64,000 nt of DNA from NCBI GenBank assembly GCA_963702475.1, contig CAVPCT010000003.1:64001-128000 (forward strand). The letters are read 5' to 3'. The DNA comes from an uncultured Thermoleophilia bacterium (GTDB lineage: Bacteria > Actinomycetota > Thermoleophilia > UBA2241). Both the position numbers and the translations under genes were made by a program. The notes under the pieces were generated by a model. That model ran no database searches. It was not told the DNA's origin and saw only the letters and a list, made by a program, of their open reading frames with translations. Positions 28,921-36,725 of the stretch are shown here, piece by piece (within the stretch, counting starts at the first letter, position 1; each line of letters begins with the position of its first letter).

Positions 28921-31335
28921 GTGGAACGAGCCGAAGAGCTTGTCGGGCGGTCGCTGGGGCGCTACAGGATCACGGCCCTCGTGGGCAAGGGCGGCATGGC
29001 GACGGTGTACAAGGCCACGCACCCGGGTCTCGGCCAGACCGTGGCCATCAAAGTGCTGCATCCGCACATGGCCACCGATCCGGACATGCTGGGCCGCTTC
29101 CACAACGAGGCACAGGCGGTGGCCAACCTCCGCCATCCCAACATCGTGCGCGTTCTCGACTTCGACGTACAGGGCGACCAGTACTTCATGGTCATGGAGT
29201 TCGTCGACGGGCCGACCCTCGCGACGCAGCTCAGCGGGTTCGCCTCGCAGGGGCGGAACATGCCGGCCGGCGAGGTCGCGCGCATCCTCGAGCCGCTGTG
29301 CTCCGCCGTGGACTACGCCCACGGGCAAGGCATGATCCACCGTGACATCAAGCCGTCGAACGTGCTCCTCACCCCGCAGGGGGAGCCCGTGCTCACCGAC
29401 TACGGTATCGCCAAGATGGTGGGCGTCACGCAGCACACGGCCACCGGCACGGTGATGGGCTCCGCCTACTACATGTCGCCGGAGCAGGCGCAGGGGAGCG
29501 GCATCGACGGCCGCACCGATATCTACTCGCTCGGTGTGATGCTCTTCGAGATGCTCGCCGGGCGCGTTCCGTACGAAGGCGACACGCTGGCGACAGTGCT
29601 GGTCAAGCACATCACCGCGCCGGTGCCCCCGGTGTGCACCTACAACAGCCAGCTCCCGCCGCTGCTGGACAACGTGATGGACGTCGCGCTGGCCAAGGAT
29701 CCCGCCCAGCGCTTCCAGACCGGGGCGGCTCTGGCGGTCGCGTTGCGGCAGGGGCTCGCGGCGCCGGCGGCAGCGGCCGGTACGACGACCTTTGAGCGGG
29801 GCGCGGCGGCGGGCGGCGCCACCACCGTGGAGCCCGCCCGGGGCGCCGCCGGCCAGACCGCCGCGGAGGCGCTGGCGGCGCGCACAGCGACGCGCGACGT
29901 GTACATCAGCTACGCGCCGCAAGACAAGGCCGCCGCCGAGGCGGTCTGTGCCCGGCTCGAGGCCGAAGAAGTCACGTGCTGGATCGCGCCGCGCGACGTG
30001 CTGCCGGGCCGCACCTTCGCGCAGTCGCTGAGCAGCGCCATCCACGCGGCACGCGTGTTCGTGCTCGTGTTCTCGGCGGCCACCAACGAGTCGCAGCAGG
30101 TCGAACGGGAGCTTCACATGGCCGACGTGTCGCGGCTGCCGGTGGTGCCCCTGCGGGTGCAGGACGTGCAGCCGCACGAGTCGATCGAGTACTACCTGGC
30201 CGGGCGGGCCTGGGTCGAGGCGTCCGGCCCGCCGCTCGACGCCCACCTGGGCCGGCTCGTGGAGAACGTGTCGCTTCTGCTGCTCCAGGCGCCGCCCCGG
30301 CAGCCAGGCTCTGCCGCCGTCGTGACCACGTTCGAGCCGGCCCCGAGCGCCCGCGCCGTGACCGGCGCGGAGCCTCCGCCGGCCGCCGAAGAGCCGGCGC
30401 TGCCTCCGGCGCAGTCCGCGGCTGCGCCTGCTCCGGCGGCGACCGTCGCTCAGCCGGCGCCGCCGGCCGTCGCCCCCGCGGTGCCCGTGACAGTCTCCTC
30501 GGCTGCTGCCGTCGAGCCCACGCCGCCGGCCGCGGAATCCGCGCCGGCCGCTGAACCGGAGCTGTCGCCCGCGGCCGAGACGACCGGTGAGCCTGCGGCG
30601 GTCGAACCCGCACCGCCCGCGGTCGAACCCGCACCGCCCCTCATCGTGCCGCCGGCCGCTGAGGCCGCCGTGTACGCCGAGACCACCGTCGAGCCAGGCC
30701 CCGCGTCGGCCGCGCCCGCGGGCGCCGCAGTCGGCGCCGCCGTCGGTGTGGCGGCCGCGGCAGGCGCCGTCACCGAGGAGGCAGGAGCTCCGGCTGTTGA
30801 AGTGGCTGTGACCGTCGCCGCCGTAAAGCCTGCACCGCCCGCCGCCGAGGATCTTGCCGGACCGGCCGCAGAAGCAGCTGCTTCTGCTGTCACGGAGCCG
30901 GCGGCGAAAGCGCACGAGCAAGAGCTCGCGCCTGCCAGCCCGGCCCCCACCACCGTCGAGCCGCCATCAACGGGCGCCGCTGCGACCACCGTCGAGCCGC
31001 GTCCTCCGGCCGGCGCCGCTGCGACCACCGTCGAGCCGCCATCAACGGGCGCCGCTGCGACCACCGTCGAGCCGCGTCCTCCGGCCGGCGCCGCTGCGAC
31101 CACTCTCGAGCCGCCGCCCGGCGCCGCGGCTGCGACCGCCTACGAGGCGCCGGCCGCGGCCGGCGCGCCGGCGGCGGTCGTGCAACCTGCTCCGGGTGTG
31201 CCCTCGCAGCCGGGGGCCGGTCCCGAGGCGCCCGGCCTGCCGACCAGGTTCCAGACGCGTGCCGTTGCAGCAGCAGCCGCCGTGGGCGTGGCCTGGGTGG
31301 TCATCCTGTTCGTGCTCGAGAAGTACGTGCTGTAG
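28921..31335 (+). CDS. Hanks-type Ser/Thr kinase with a TIR domain, Pro/Ala/Thr-rich repeat region and C-terminal TM helix
   Basis: GKGGMATVY, VAIK, HRDIKPSN, DYG, YMSPEQ; TIR_2-like DVYISY..DK...CWIAPRDV.PG...S.QVEREL; C-terminal hydrophobic anchor. Confidence 0.92.
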   Translation: MERAEELVGRSLGRYRITALVGKGGMATVYKATHPGLGQTVAIKVLHPHMATDPDMLGRFHNEAQAVANLRHPNIVRVLDFDVQGDQYFMVMEFVDGPTLATQLSGFASQGRNMPAGEVARILEPLCSAVDYAHGQGMIHRDIKPSNVLLTPQGEPVLTDYGIAKMVGVTQHTATGTVMGSAYYMSPEQAQGSGIDGRTDIYSLGVMLFEMLAGRVPYEGDTLATVLVKHITAPVPPVCTYNSQLPPLLDNVMDVALAKDPAQRFQTGAALAVALRQGLAAPAAAAGTTTFERGAAAGGATTVEPARGAAGQTAAEALAARTATRDVYISYAPQDKAAAEAVCARLEAEEVTCWIAPRDVLPGRTFAQSLSSAIHAARVFVLVFSAATNESQQVERELHMADVSRLPVVPLRVQDVQPHESIEYYLAGRAWVEASGPPLDAHLGRLVENVSLLLLQAPPRQPGSAAVVTTFEPAPSARAVTGAEPPPAAEEPALPPAQSAAAPAPAATVAQPAPPAVAPAVPVTVSSAAAVEPTPPAAESAPAAEPELSPAAETTGEPAAVEPAPPAVEPAPPLIVPPAAEAAVYAETTVEPGPASAAPAGAAVGAAVGVAAAAGAVTEEAGAPAVEVAVTVAAVKPAPPAAEDLAGPAAEAAASAVTEPAAKAHEQELAPASPAPTTVEPPSTGAAATTVEPRPPAGAAATTVEPPSTGAAATTVEPRPPAGAAATTLEPPPGAAAATAYEAPAAAGAPAAVVQPAPGVPSQPGAGPEAPGLPTRFQTRAVAAAAAVGVAWVVILFVLEKYVL
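30949..31115 (+). repeat. Coding tandem repeat: two exact 75-bp copies (36+39 bp subunits) plus a partial copy
   Basis: ACCACCGTCGAGCCGCCATCAACGGGCGCCGCTGCG / ACCACCGTCGAGCCGCGTCCTCCGGCCGGCGCCGCTGCG at 30949-31023 and 31024-31098; encodes TTVEPPSTGAAA-TTVEPRPPAGAAA. Confidence 0.9.
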
Positions 31336-31413
31336 GCGGCAGCACCCGGGCGTTCGGGGGCGGTCCGACCGGCCCTTCGGCCGTTCTACTTCGGCCGTCG
31401 ACAGGTTCGCGCG

Positions 31414-32697
31414 TCAGGCCGTCCGCGCCCCGCCGCGTCCCAGCGACGGCGCCGCCAGCGTGAGCGCCACGATCACCACGTCGACCGCGAGCGCAGCGAG
31501 CACGTACGTTGAGCCGTCGAGCGTGCCGAAGTACGAGAGTGCGAACACGGCCGCGGTGGCCACGCCGACCACCGCGCCGACACCGGCGAGAGGCACGGCG
31601 AGCGGGCCGCGCGGACGTGTGGCCGCGGCCCGCAGCACGGCGAACGTCTGTACGGCGAACAACACGCCGCCACCGATGAGCACGAGCCAGGAGAGCCAGT
31701 CGTCGCTCGCGCCGCCGTCGATCCCGCCGCCTCCGCCGTCCGCCATGTCGCGGACGGTGTCCAGGTTGGCCGCCGCCGCCGCGGCCACACCCGGCGCTTC
31801 AGAGGTCTTGAGGCCGGCAAGCTTGTCTTCGGCCGCGGCAGTGTCGCCCTCTTCGGCCGCGACCAGCGCCAGGCCCATCTCCGCGTAGTCGTTCTGCTGC
31901 ACGTCTCTGGATCTCGTGAAGTCGGCCTTGGCCGCCGCCGCGTCGCCCCGCTCCAGTTCGTTCATCCCGCGCTGGTAGTGGGCCGCCGCGAGGTTCGCCG
32001 TCACGGCGTCGGCCAGCGCCTGGTCGGGCTCGCCGTCCGCCGGAGGCTGGTCGGGAGCGATGGCGTCCTGTGCCTTCTGCAGCGTCACGATGCCGGCGTC
32101 GTAGTCGCCCTGGGCGCACTGCACGACGCCCAGGGCGACGTCGGTCTTCACGCTCGGCTGCACGGCGGCCGACTGCTCCAGGTCGGCCTGCGCCTGCGCG
32201 TAGTCGCCGCCGGCCGCTTCGATCAGCCCGAGGTTGTAGTACGCCGACGCCTCCACCGTCTTGCCGTTCTTGGTCGCCGGAGCGTCCGTGGCCTTGCGCG
32301 TGGAAGGCTCGCCGGCCGCGGGCTCGCCCTTGAGGATGAAGCCGGCGCCGACGTTGAGGTCGGCCCCGCGGTACTTGGCGTTGAGCTTCAGCACCTTCTC
32401 GAGCAGGCCATCGGCCTTGGCGTACTCCCCGCTCCGCAGGTAACAGACGGCGAGGTTGTTGAGGGCGTCGGTGTCGCCGGGCTCGAGCTTGACGGCGAGC
32501 TTGAACAGCTTGGTGGCCTCGGCGACGTCGCCAGCCTCCAGCGCCTTGCAGCCCAGGTTGTACGGGTGGGTCTTGGCGGCCGCCGCCGGACCGGCGGCGG
32601 CGAGCAGGCAGGCGAGCACCACCGCGACCAGCAGGCAGACCTCCGTCACGCGGCGACGTGAGGCGGTGGGGCGCCGGAGTGGACGGGCGGTGTACAT
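31414..32697 (-). CDS. Secreted/membrane-anchored tetratricopeptide repeat protein
   Basis: Signal peptide (..AGPAAA|A); TPR motifs ALNNLAVCY, AYYNLGLI, AHYQRG; three C-terminal TM helices; starts 1 nt after the precursor stop. Confidence 0.85.
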   Translation of the reverse strand: MYTARPLRRPTASRRRVTEVCLLVAVVLACLLAAAGPAAAAKTHPYNLGCKALEAGDVAEATKLFKLAVKLEPGDTDALNNLAVCYLRSGEYAKADGLLEKVLKLNAKYRGADLNVGAGFILKGEPAAGEPSTRKATDAPATKNGKTVEASAYYNLGLIEAAGGDYAQAQADLEQSAAVQPSVKTDVALGVVQCAQGDYDAGIVTLQKAQDAIAPDQPPADGEPDQALADAVTANLAAAHYQRGMNELERGDAAAAKADFTRSRDVQQNDYAEMGLALVAAEEGDTAAAEDKLAGLKTSEAPGVAAAAAANLDTVRDMADGGGGGIDGGASDDWLSWLVLIGGGVLFAVQTFAVLRAAATRPRGPLAVPLAGVGAVVGVATAAVFALSYFGTLDGSTYVLAALAVDVVIVALTLAAPSLGRGGARTA

Positions 32698-32698
32698 G

Positions 32699-33256
32699 TC
32701 AGAACGGCTCCGCCTGGCAGGAGCAGGGCGAGTCGCCCTCGCACGTGCACGAGGACACGCCCTGGCACGTGCACACGGCGTTGCACGAGCACGTGCCTCC
32801 CCCGCCCCCCGAGTCAGCTACGCAGCTGCAGGCATCCACGGCCTCACAGGTGCACACCTGGTTGCAGGTGCAGACCAGGTTGCAGGTGCAGACGGTGCCG
32901 CCGAAGGCGTCCTTTCCGGTCAGCCGGGTCCTGGTGGTGTGGGCGCGCGTCACCTTGCCCGGCTTGTCGGTCTTCTCGGGCTTCTTCGTCGGCCCCGACG
33001 TCTTGCGCGAGGGGTCGGCGGGGGCGACGAAGGTGTCGGGATCGGGGTAGGCGTACTCGGGCTCAGGGGCGCTCCACTTGAGGACCCTGGGCGGCTCGGG
33101 CGACCCGGAGGACTCGCCGAAGAACGACTCGACAGGCGCCGGCGATTCGCCCAGCAGGTCGTCGGGCGCCGATTCGCCGGCGCGCAGGGCAGCCCACTCG
33201 ACGGTGGCTTCCTCGCTCTCGTAGATGGACAGCTCGGGAGGCTCGTAGTCGCTCAT
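32699..33256 (-). CDS. Cys-rich putative RiPP precursor (YxxPxL leader; 8 C-[TS]-C motifs)
   Basis: MSDYEPPEL start; core VCTCNLVCTCNQVCTCEAVDACSC..GTCSCNAVCTCQGVSSCTCEGDSPCSCQAEPF; ATGA overlap with the rSAM stop; RBS GGAGGAGG. Confidence 0.8.
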   Translation of the reverse strand: MSDYEPPELSIYESEEATVEWAALRAGESAPDDLLGESPAPVESFFGESSGSPEPPRVLKWSAPEPEYAYPDPDTFVAPADPSRKTSGPTKKPEKTDKPGKVTRAHTTRTRLTGKDAFGGTVCTCNLVCTCNQVCTCEAVDACSCVADSGGGGGTCSCNAVCTCQGVSSCTCEGDSPCSCQAEPF

Positions 33257-34620
33257 CGCATGGCCTCCTCCAGCTGGTCGAGAGTGAGAGCGCGGTTGAT
33301 CTCACAGCGCCCGACCACCGCTTCGTCGGCGCCGGCGAACAGCCGTTTCGAGGGGCAGTCGCCGGCGCAGTGATACTTGGCGAAGCAGCGGGCGCAGCGC
33401 GGCGCCTCGTCGACAGTGAGGCGCCGCAGCGCGGCGACGCGCGCAGGGTCGAAGGCGAACGAGCGCGTCGCCGCGTCGTGCCGGCCGTAGATGAAGACGC
33501 CGGCACGCGGGTCGTCGCGGCCGGTGATCTCGTAGCAGGCCGTGACGTCGCCCTCGGTGGTGACGTTGAAGCTCGGCAAGCTGACCTGGCAGAAGGTGTG
33601 GCACAGGGAGCTCTGCCGCGCGCCGGAGTAGGCGAGCTCCACACCGGCTTCGGCCGCTGCCTCACAGCACTCGCGGTACACCCGTACGAAGCGCTCGGGC
33701 GAGGGCGGGCGCAGTCCGTTCTGCAGGGAGCGGCCGCACTGGAACAGCGGCTCCAGGTGCACCGTGTGGATGCGGTGGTCAGCGGTCAGCTGCCGCACTG
33801 TGCCGGCGGCGTGCTCCAGCGCCTCGTCGGTGCAGGTGAGGCGCACGCCGAGCGTCACCTCGCTGGCGGAGAGGCGTGCCAGCGTGCGCGTGACCTCCGG
33901 CCACGAGGGGCCACCGCCGGGCCGCGGCCGCAAGCGGTCCTGGACTTCCGGCGGCCCGTCCACGGAGACCATCACCGACGTCATGGTCTCCGCGAGGAAG
34001 TCGCGCATGGCGTCGTCCATGACGCCGTTGGTGGCCGTGCCCGTGCGCAGCCCCAGGCCGTTCTCCTCGCTCAGGCGCTGCGCCCGGCGCACGCAGCGTC
34101 TCAGCGTGTCGCCCGCAAGGGTGGGCTCGCCGCCGCCGTGGAACGACACGCGCACGTCGTCCAGGCCTCGGGCGGCGGCGTTGGCCACGACGAGGTCCAC
34201 GGCGTCGATGGCCACGCCGGGGTCGAGGAAGCGGTCGCGCTCGCCCCCTGAGGCGTAGCAGTAGACGCAGCGCAGGTTGCAGGCGCTGGTGAGGAAGAGC
34301 GTGACGGCGGTGGGGGCGACCGTGGCCGGGCCGTCGGCGTCCGCGGCACCCGGCCCGCTCGCGGGCTTGGGCGCTGAGGTCGTGACCCCGGTCGGGGTCC
34401 CGGCCGGCGCCGTCTCGATGAGCGACAGCTCCGCGAGGAGGTCGAGGACCTCGCGGCCGGACGCGTCGGGGGTGACGGCGCGCTCGGCGGCAATGGCGGA
34501 GAGCAGGCCGAGGCACGCGTCGTTGACGACCAGGCTTGTCCGCAGGAGCGGCGCGTAGACGAGGTGCCCCTCGTCGCGGGGGAGCGAGAACACCTCGGTG
34601 GTGAACCGGTAGGTGGTCAC
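33253..34620 (-). CDS. Radical SAM/SPASM domain peptide maturase
   Basis: CNLRCVYC (CxxxCxxC), FHGGGEPTL, TNG, SVDG; SPASM FC..GDVTAC...CARCFAKYHCAGDC..C; N-terminal RRE-like extension. Confidence 0.93.
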   Translation of the reverse strand: MTTYRFTTEVFSLPRDEGHLVYAPLLRTSLVVNDACLGLLSAIAAERAVTPDASGREVLDLLAELSLIETAPAGTPTGVTTSAPKPASGPGAADADGPATVAPTAVTLFLTSACNLRCVYCYASGGERDRFLDPGVAIDAVDLVVANAAARGLDDVRVSFHGGGEPTLAGDTLRRCVRRAQRLSEENGLGLRTGTATNGVMDDAMRDFLAETMTSVMVSVDGPPEVQDRLRPRPGGGPSWPEVTRTLARLSASEVTLGVRLTCTDEALEHAAGTVRQLTADHRIHTVHLEPLFQCGRSLQNGLRPPSPERFVRVYRECCEAAAEAGVELAYSGARQSSLCHTFCQVSLPSFNVTTEGDVTACYEITGRDDPRAGVFIYGRHDAATRSFAFDPARVAALRRLTVDEAPRCARCFAKYHCAGDCPSKRLFAGADEAVVGRCEINRALTLDQLEEAMR

Positions 34621-35057
34621 GACCGCCGGACCTCGTCCGCAGGCTGGGCGCCGGGCACGCCGTCGACCAGACCCTGCGCCGCGAGAGTGCGCAGGCAGGC
34701 GAGTGTGTCGCGCCGCGCAGCCTCGGCGGACAGACCGAAGGCGGCGGCGAGCTCGCCGGCGATCTCGCCGGCGCTGCGCCGCCCGTCCACGGCCTTCCAG
34801 ACCACGGCCCCGGACCTGTTGAGCGTGAACACAGGCCCGTGCGGGTCGATCGGCGTCGGCAGCAGCCGAAGCCCGTCCGGCGCCGCGCGCTCGGCGAGGT
34901 TCTGGGCGCGGCGCGGACGCGCATCGCCGGGCTCAGACCGGCGCAGGCTGCGGCGCCAGCCGGCGCCGGCGAGCGCTGCGGCCAGCATGCAGCCGCCCGC
35001 CACGAGAAAGGTCCGTCTGGTGCTCCCCCTGCTCGCACGCTCAGAACCGGCGGCCAT
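34617..35057 (-). CDS. PqqD family protein / RiPP recognition element with an N-terminal twin-arginine signal
   Basis: FTLNRSGAVVWKAVDGRRSAGEIAGELAAAF...ARRDTLACLRTLAAQGLV is the PqqD pattern; N-terminal TRRTFL plus hydrophobic core; RBS GGAGG; GTGA overlap with the rSAM gene. Confidence 0.88.
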   Translation of the reverse strand: MAAGSERASRGSTRRTFLVAGGCMLAAALAGAGWRRSLRRSEPGDARPRRAQNLAERAAPDGLRLLPTPIDPHGPVFTLNRSGAVVWKAVDGRRSAGEIAGELAAAFGLSAEAARRDTLACLRTLAAQGLVDGVPGAQPADEVRRS

Positions 35058-35260
35058 GGCTCCCTCCGGGCTCCGTGGGAGGGCGGCGTCATCCGCCCTC
35101 TGGGTCAATCGTGTCCCCTGCCTTCTCGTTCGTCAAGGAAAGCCGCCGGCTTTGCGTTACTGAGTGATTGACAGACGCGAGGGATGGCGTAGAACGGGTA
35201 TGGAAAGAGAGTGGACGGGGACGCGGCGCCTCGGCGTCGCCGGGCAACGGAGGGTGCACG

Positions 35261-36649
35261 ATGGCTGACGTGGTCTGGAAGGTTCATGCGCTCCGGACCG
35301 GAGGACGGCTGCGGCCGGACCGGACCCCGGCGCGGGTGCTCGCGCTGCTTGTCGCGGCCGTGCTCGCGGTCCTGCTCCTGTGCGCCTCGGCCGTCACGGC
35401 GGCTGGCACGAGCGCCGTTCCGAGCAGTGGCGTCGCCCCCCGCGCGGCCGAGGCGCCGCTCACGCTCGCGCCGTGGCTCGCCGCCGCCCCGGCCGTCGCA
35501 GCGGCTCGCGGGGCGCCGTCGACGCAGACGCTCTTCTCCGACGACTTCGAGTCCGGTCTCGCCAAGTGGCGCCTGCTCGGCAGCCCCGGCTGGAGCGGCA
35601 CGACCTACCGCGCCGCTGCCGGGACCTCCTCCGCCTACTGCGCCGGGACCGCGATCAGCCCGCCGGGGCCCTACGCGAACAACATGAGTGCGTGGATGAT
35701 CGCCGGTCCGTTCGACCTCTCCAAAGCCACCGCCGCGACCCTGAGCGCCAAGCTCTACTTCGTCACTGAGGCGAGCAAGGACCTGGTGAACCTGTACGTC
35801 TCCGTCGACAACGCGGACTTCTACGGGACCGGCTGGTCGGGGAACGGCGCCGCCTGGAACGACAAGAGCCTCGACCTGACCAACGTGTACACGCTGGGCA
35901 ACGTGTGCGGCAAGAGCCAGGTCTGGATCGCGGTCATGTTCAAGAGCGACCCGGCCGTGGTCTACGAGGGCGCCTACGCCGACAACGTCGTCCTCACCGC
36001 GACCATGCCGGGGACGGGGCAGAAGGAGGCGGGCCTGGTGCTCACCTCCGACGCCGAGACCGTGCCGTACGACGGGTCCACCAACCTCGTCGGAGCCCTG
36101 CTGGACGCCACCAGCGGCTTCCTGGTCCCCGACAAGGAGGTCGGTCTCTTCTGGTCCCAGGAGAACAAGATCGACGGCGAGTGGAACTACGCGGGCTCGG
36201 ACTCGTCGACCACCGGCAACTACGAGGTCAGGGCCACCGGCATCACGCGGACCACGTACTTCGCCATGTTCTTCGACGGCGACAGCGAGTATCTCTCGAC
36301 GATGAGCAATCTCGTGAAGGTGGTCGCGCGAGCGAAGATCACCCCGCCGGCTGTGCCCAAGGTCATCCAGGCGGGCAGGCTCGTGACGAGCTGGGGCACG
36401 ATCCTGCCGAAGCACACGACGGCGCAGAACCGTTCGAGCCACACCAAGGTGTACCTGGAGCGCTACTATGGCGGCAGATGGCACGCCGTGACCAGTCTGT
36501 ACGCGCAGAAGTACCGGAGCACCAAGAACGCTACCGAGTACGCCGTGAGTCTGCACTACCACGCCGGCTCGTGGCGCCTGAAGGCCGTGCACCAGGACGA
36601 CGACCACGCCAAGTCGACGTCGTCCTGGAGGACGTTCACCGCTCGCTGA
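35261..36649 (+). CDS. Secreted protein: jelly-roll (immune inhibitor A/MAM-like) domain + C-terminal Ig-like module
   Basis: Signal peptide; LFSDDFESG..W, Y.NN..AWM..GPFDLS, F.SD.....EGAY.DNV; beta-rich C-terminus. Start codon uncertain. Confidence 0.75.
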   Translation: MADVVWKVHALRTGGRLRPDRTPARVLALLVAAVLAVLLLCASAVTAAGTSAVPSSGVAPRAAEAPLTLAPWLAAAPAVAAARGAPSTQTLFSDDFESGLAKWRLLGSPGWSGTTYRAAAGTSSAYCAGTAISPPGPYANNMSAWMIAGPFDLSKATAATLSAKLYFVTEASKDLVNLYVSVDNADFYGTGWSGNGAAWNDKSLDLTNVYTLGNVCGKSQVWIAVMFKSDPAVVYEGAYADNVVLTATMPGTGQKEAGLVLTSDAETVPYDGSTNLVGALLDATSGFLVPDKEVGLFWSQENKIDGEWNYAGSDSSTTGNYEVRATGITRTTYFAMFFDGDSEYLSTMSNLVKVVARAKITPPAVPKVIQAGRLVTSWGTILPKHTTAQNRSSHTKVYLERYYGGRWHAVTSLYAQKYRSTKNATEYAVSLHYHAGSWRLKAVHQDDDHAKSTSSWRTFTAR

Positions 36650-36670
36650 GATCCCGACGGGTCGGCGGCG

Positions 36671-36715
36671 GGGCGAGGGGCCGGGAGACGGCAGTCTTCT
36701 CCCGGCCCCTCGCCC
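36671..36715. terminator. 18-bp hairpin between convergent genes
   Basis: GGGCGAGGGGCCGGGAGA-N9-TCTCCCGGCCCCTCGCCC. Confidence 0.65.
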
Positions 36716-36725
36716 GCACGCGCCG

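Noticed and set aside
29890-30290. Thoeris or CBASS defence system
   Set aside because: No ThsA, cyclase or other defence genes adjacent; only a TIR domain within a kinase.
30949-31115. Repeat array as a CRISPR
   Set aside because: In-frame coding repeat, no unique spacers, no cas genes.
33253-34620. Anaerobic sulfatase maturase
   Set aside because: Similar SPASM pattern, but no sulfatase nearby, and it is coupled to an RRE and a Cys-rich peptide.
34617-35057. PQQ, mycofactocin or lasso peptide biosynthesis
   Set aside because: No pqqB/C, mft tailoring genes, lasso cyclase or B2 protease; the neighbouring peptide is Cys-rich and unlike PqqA or MftA.
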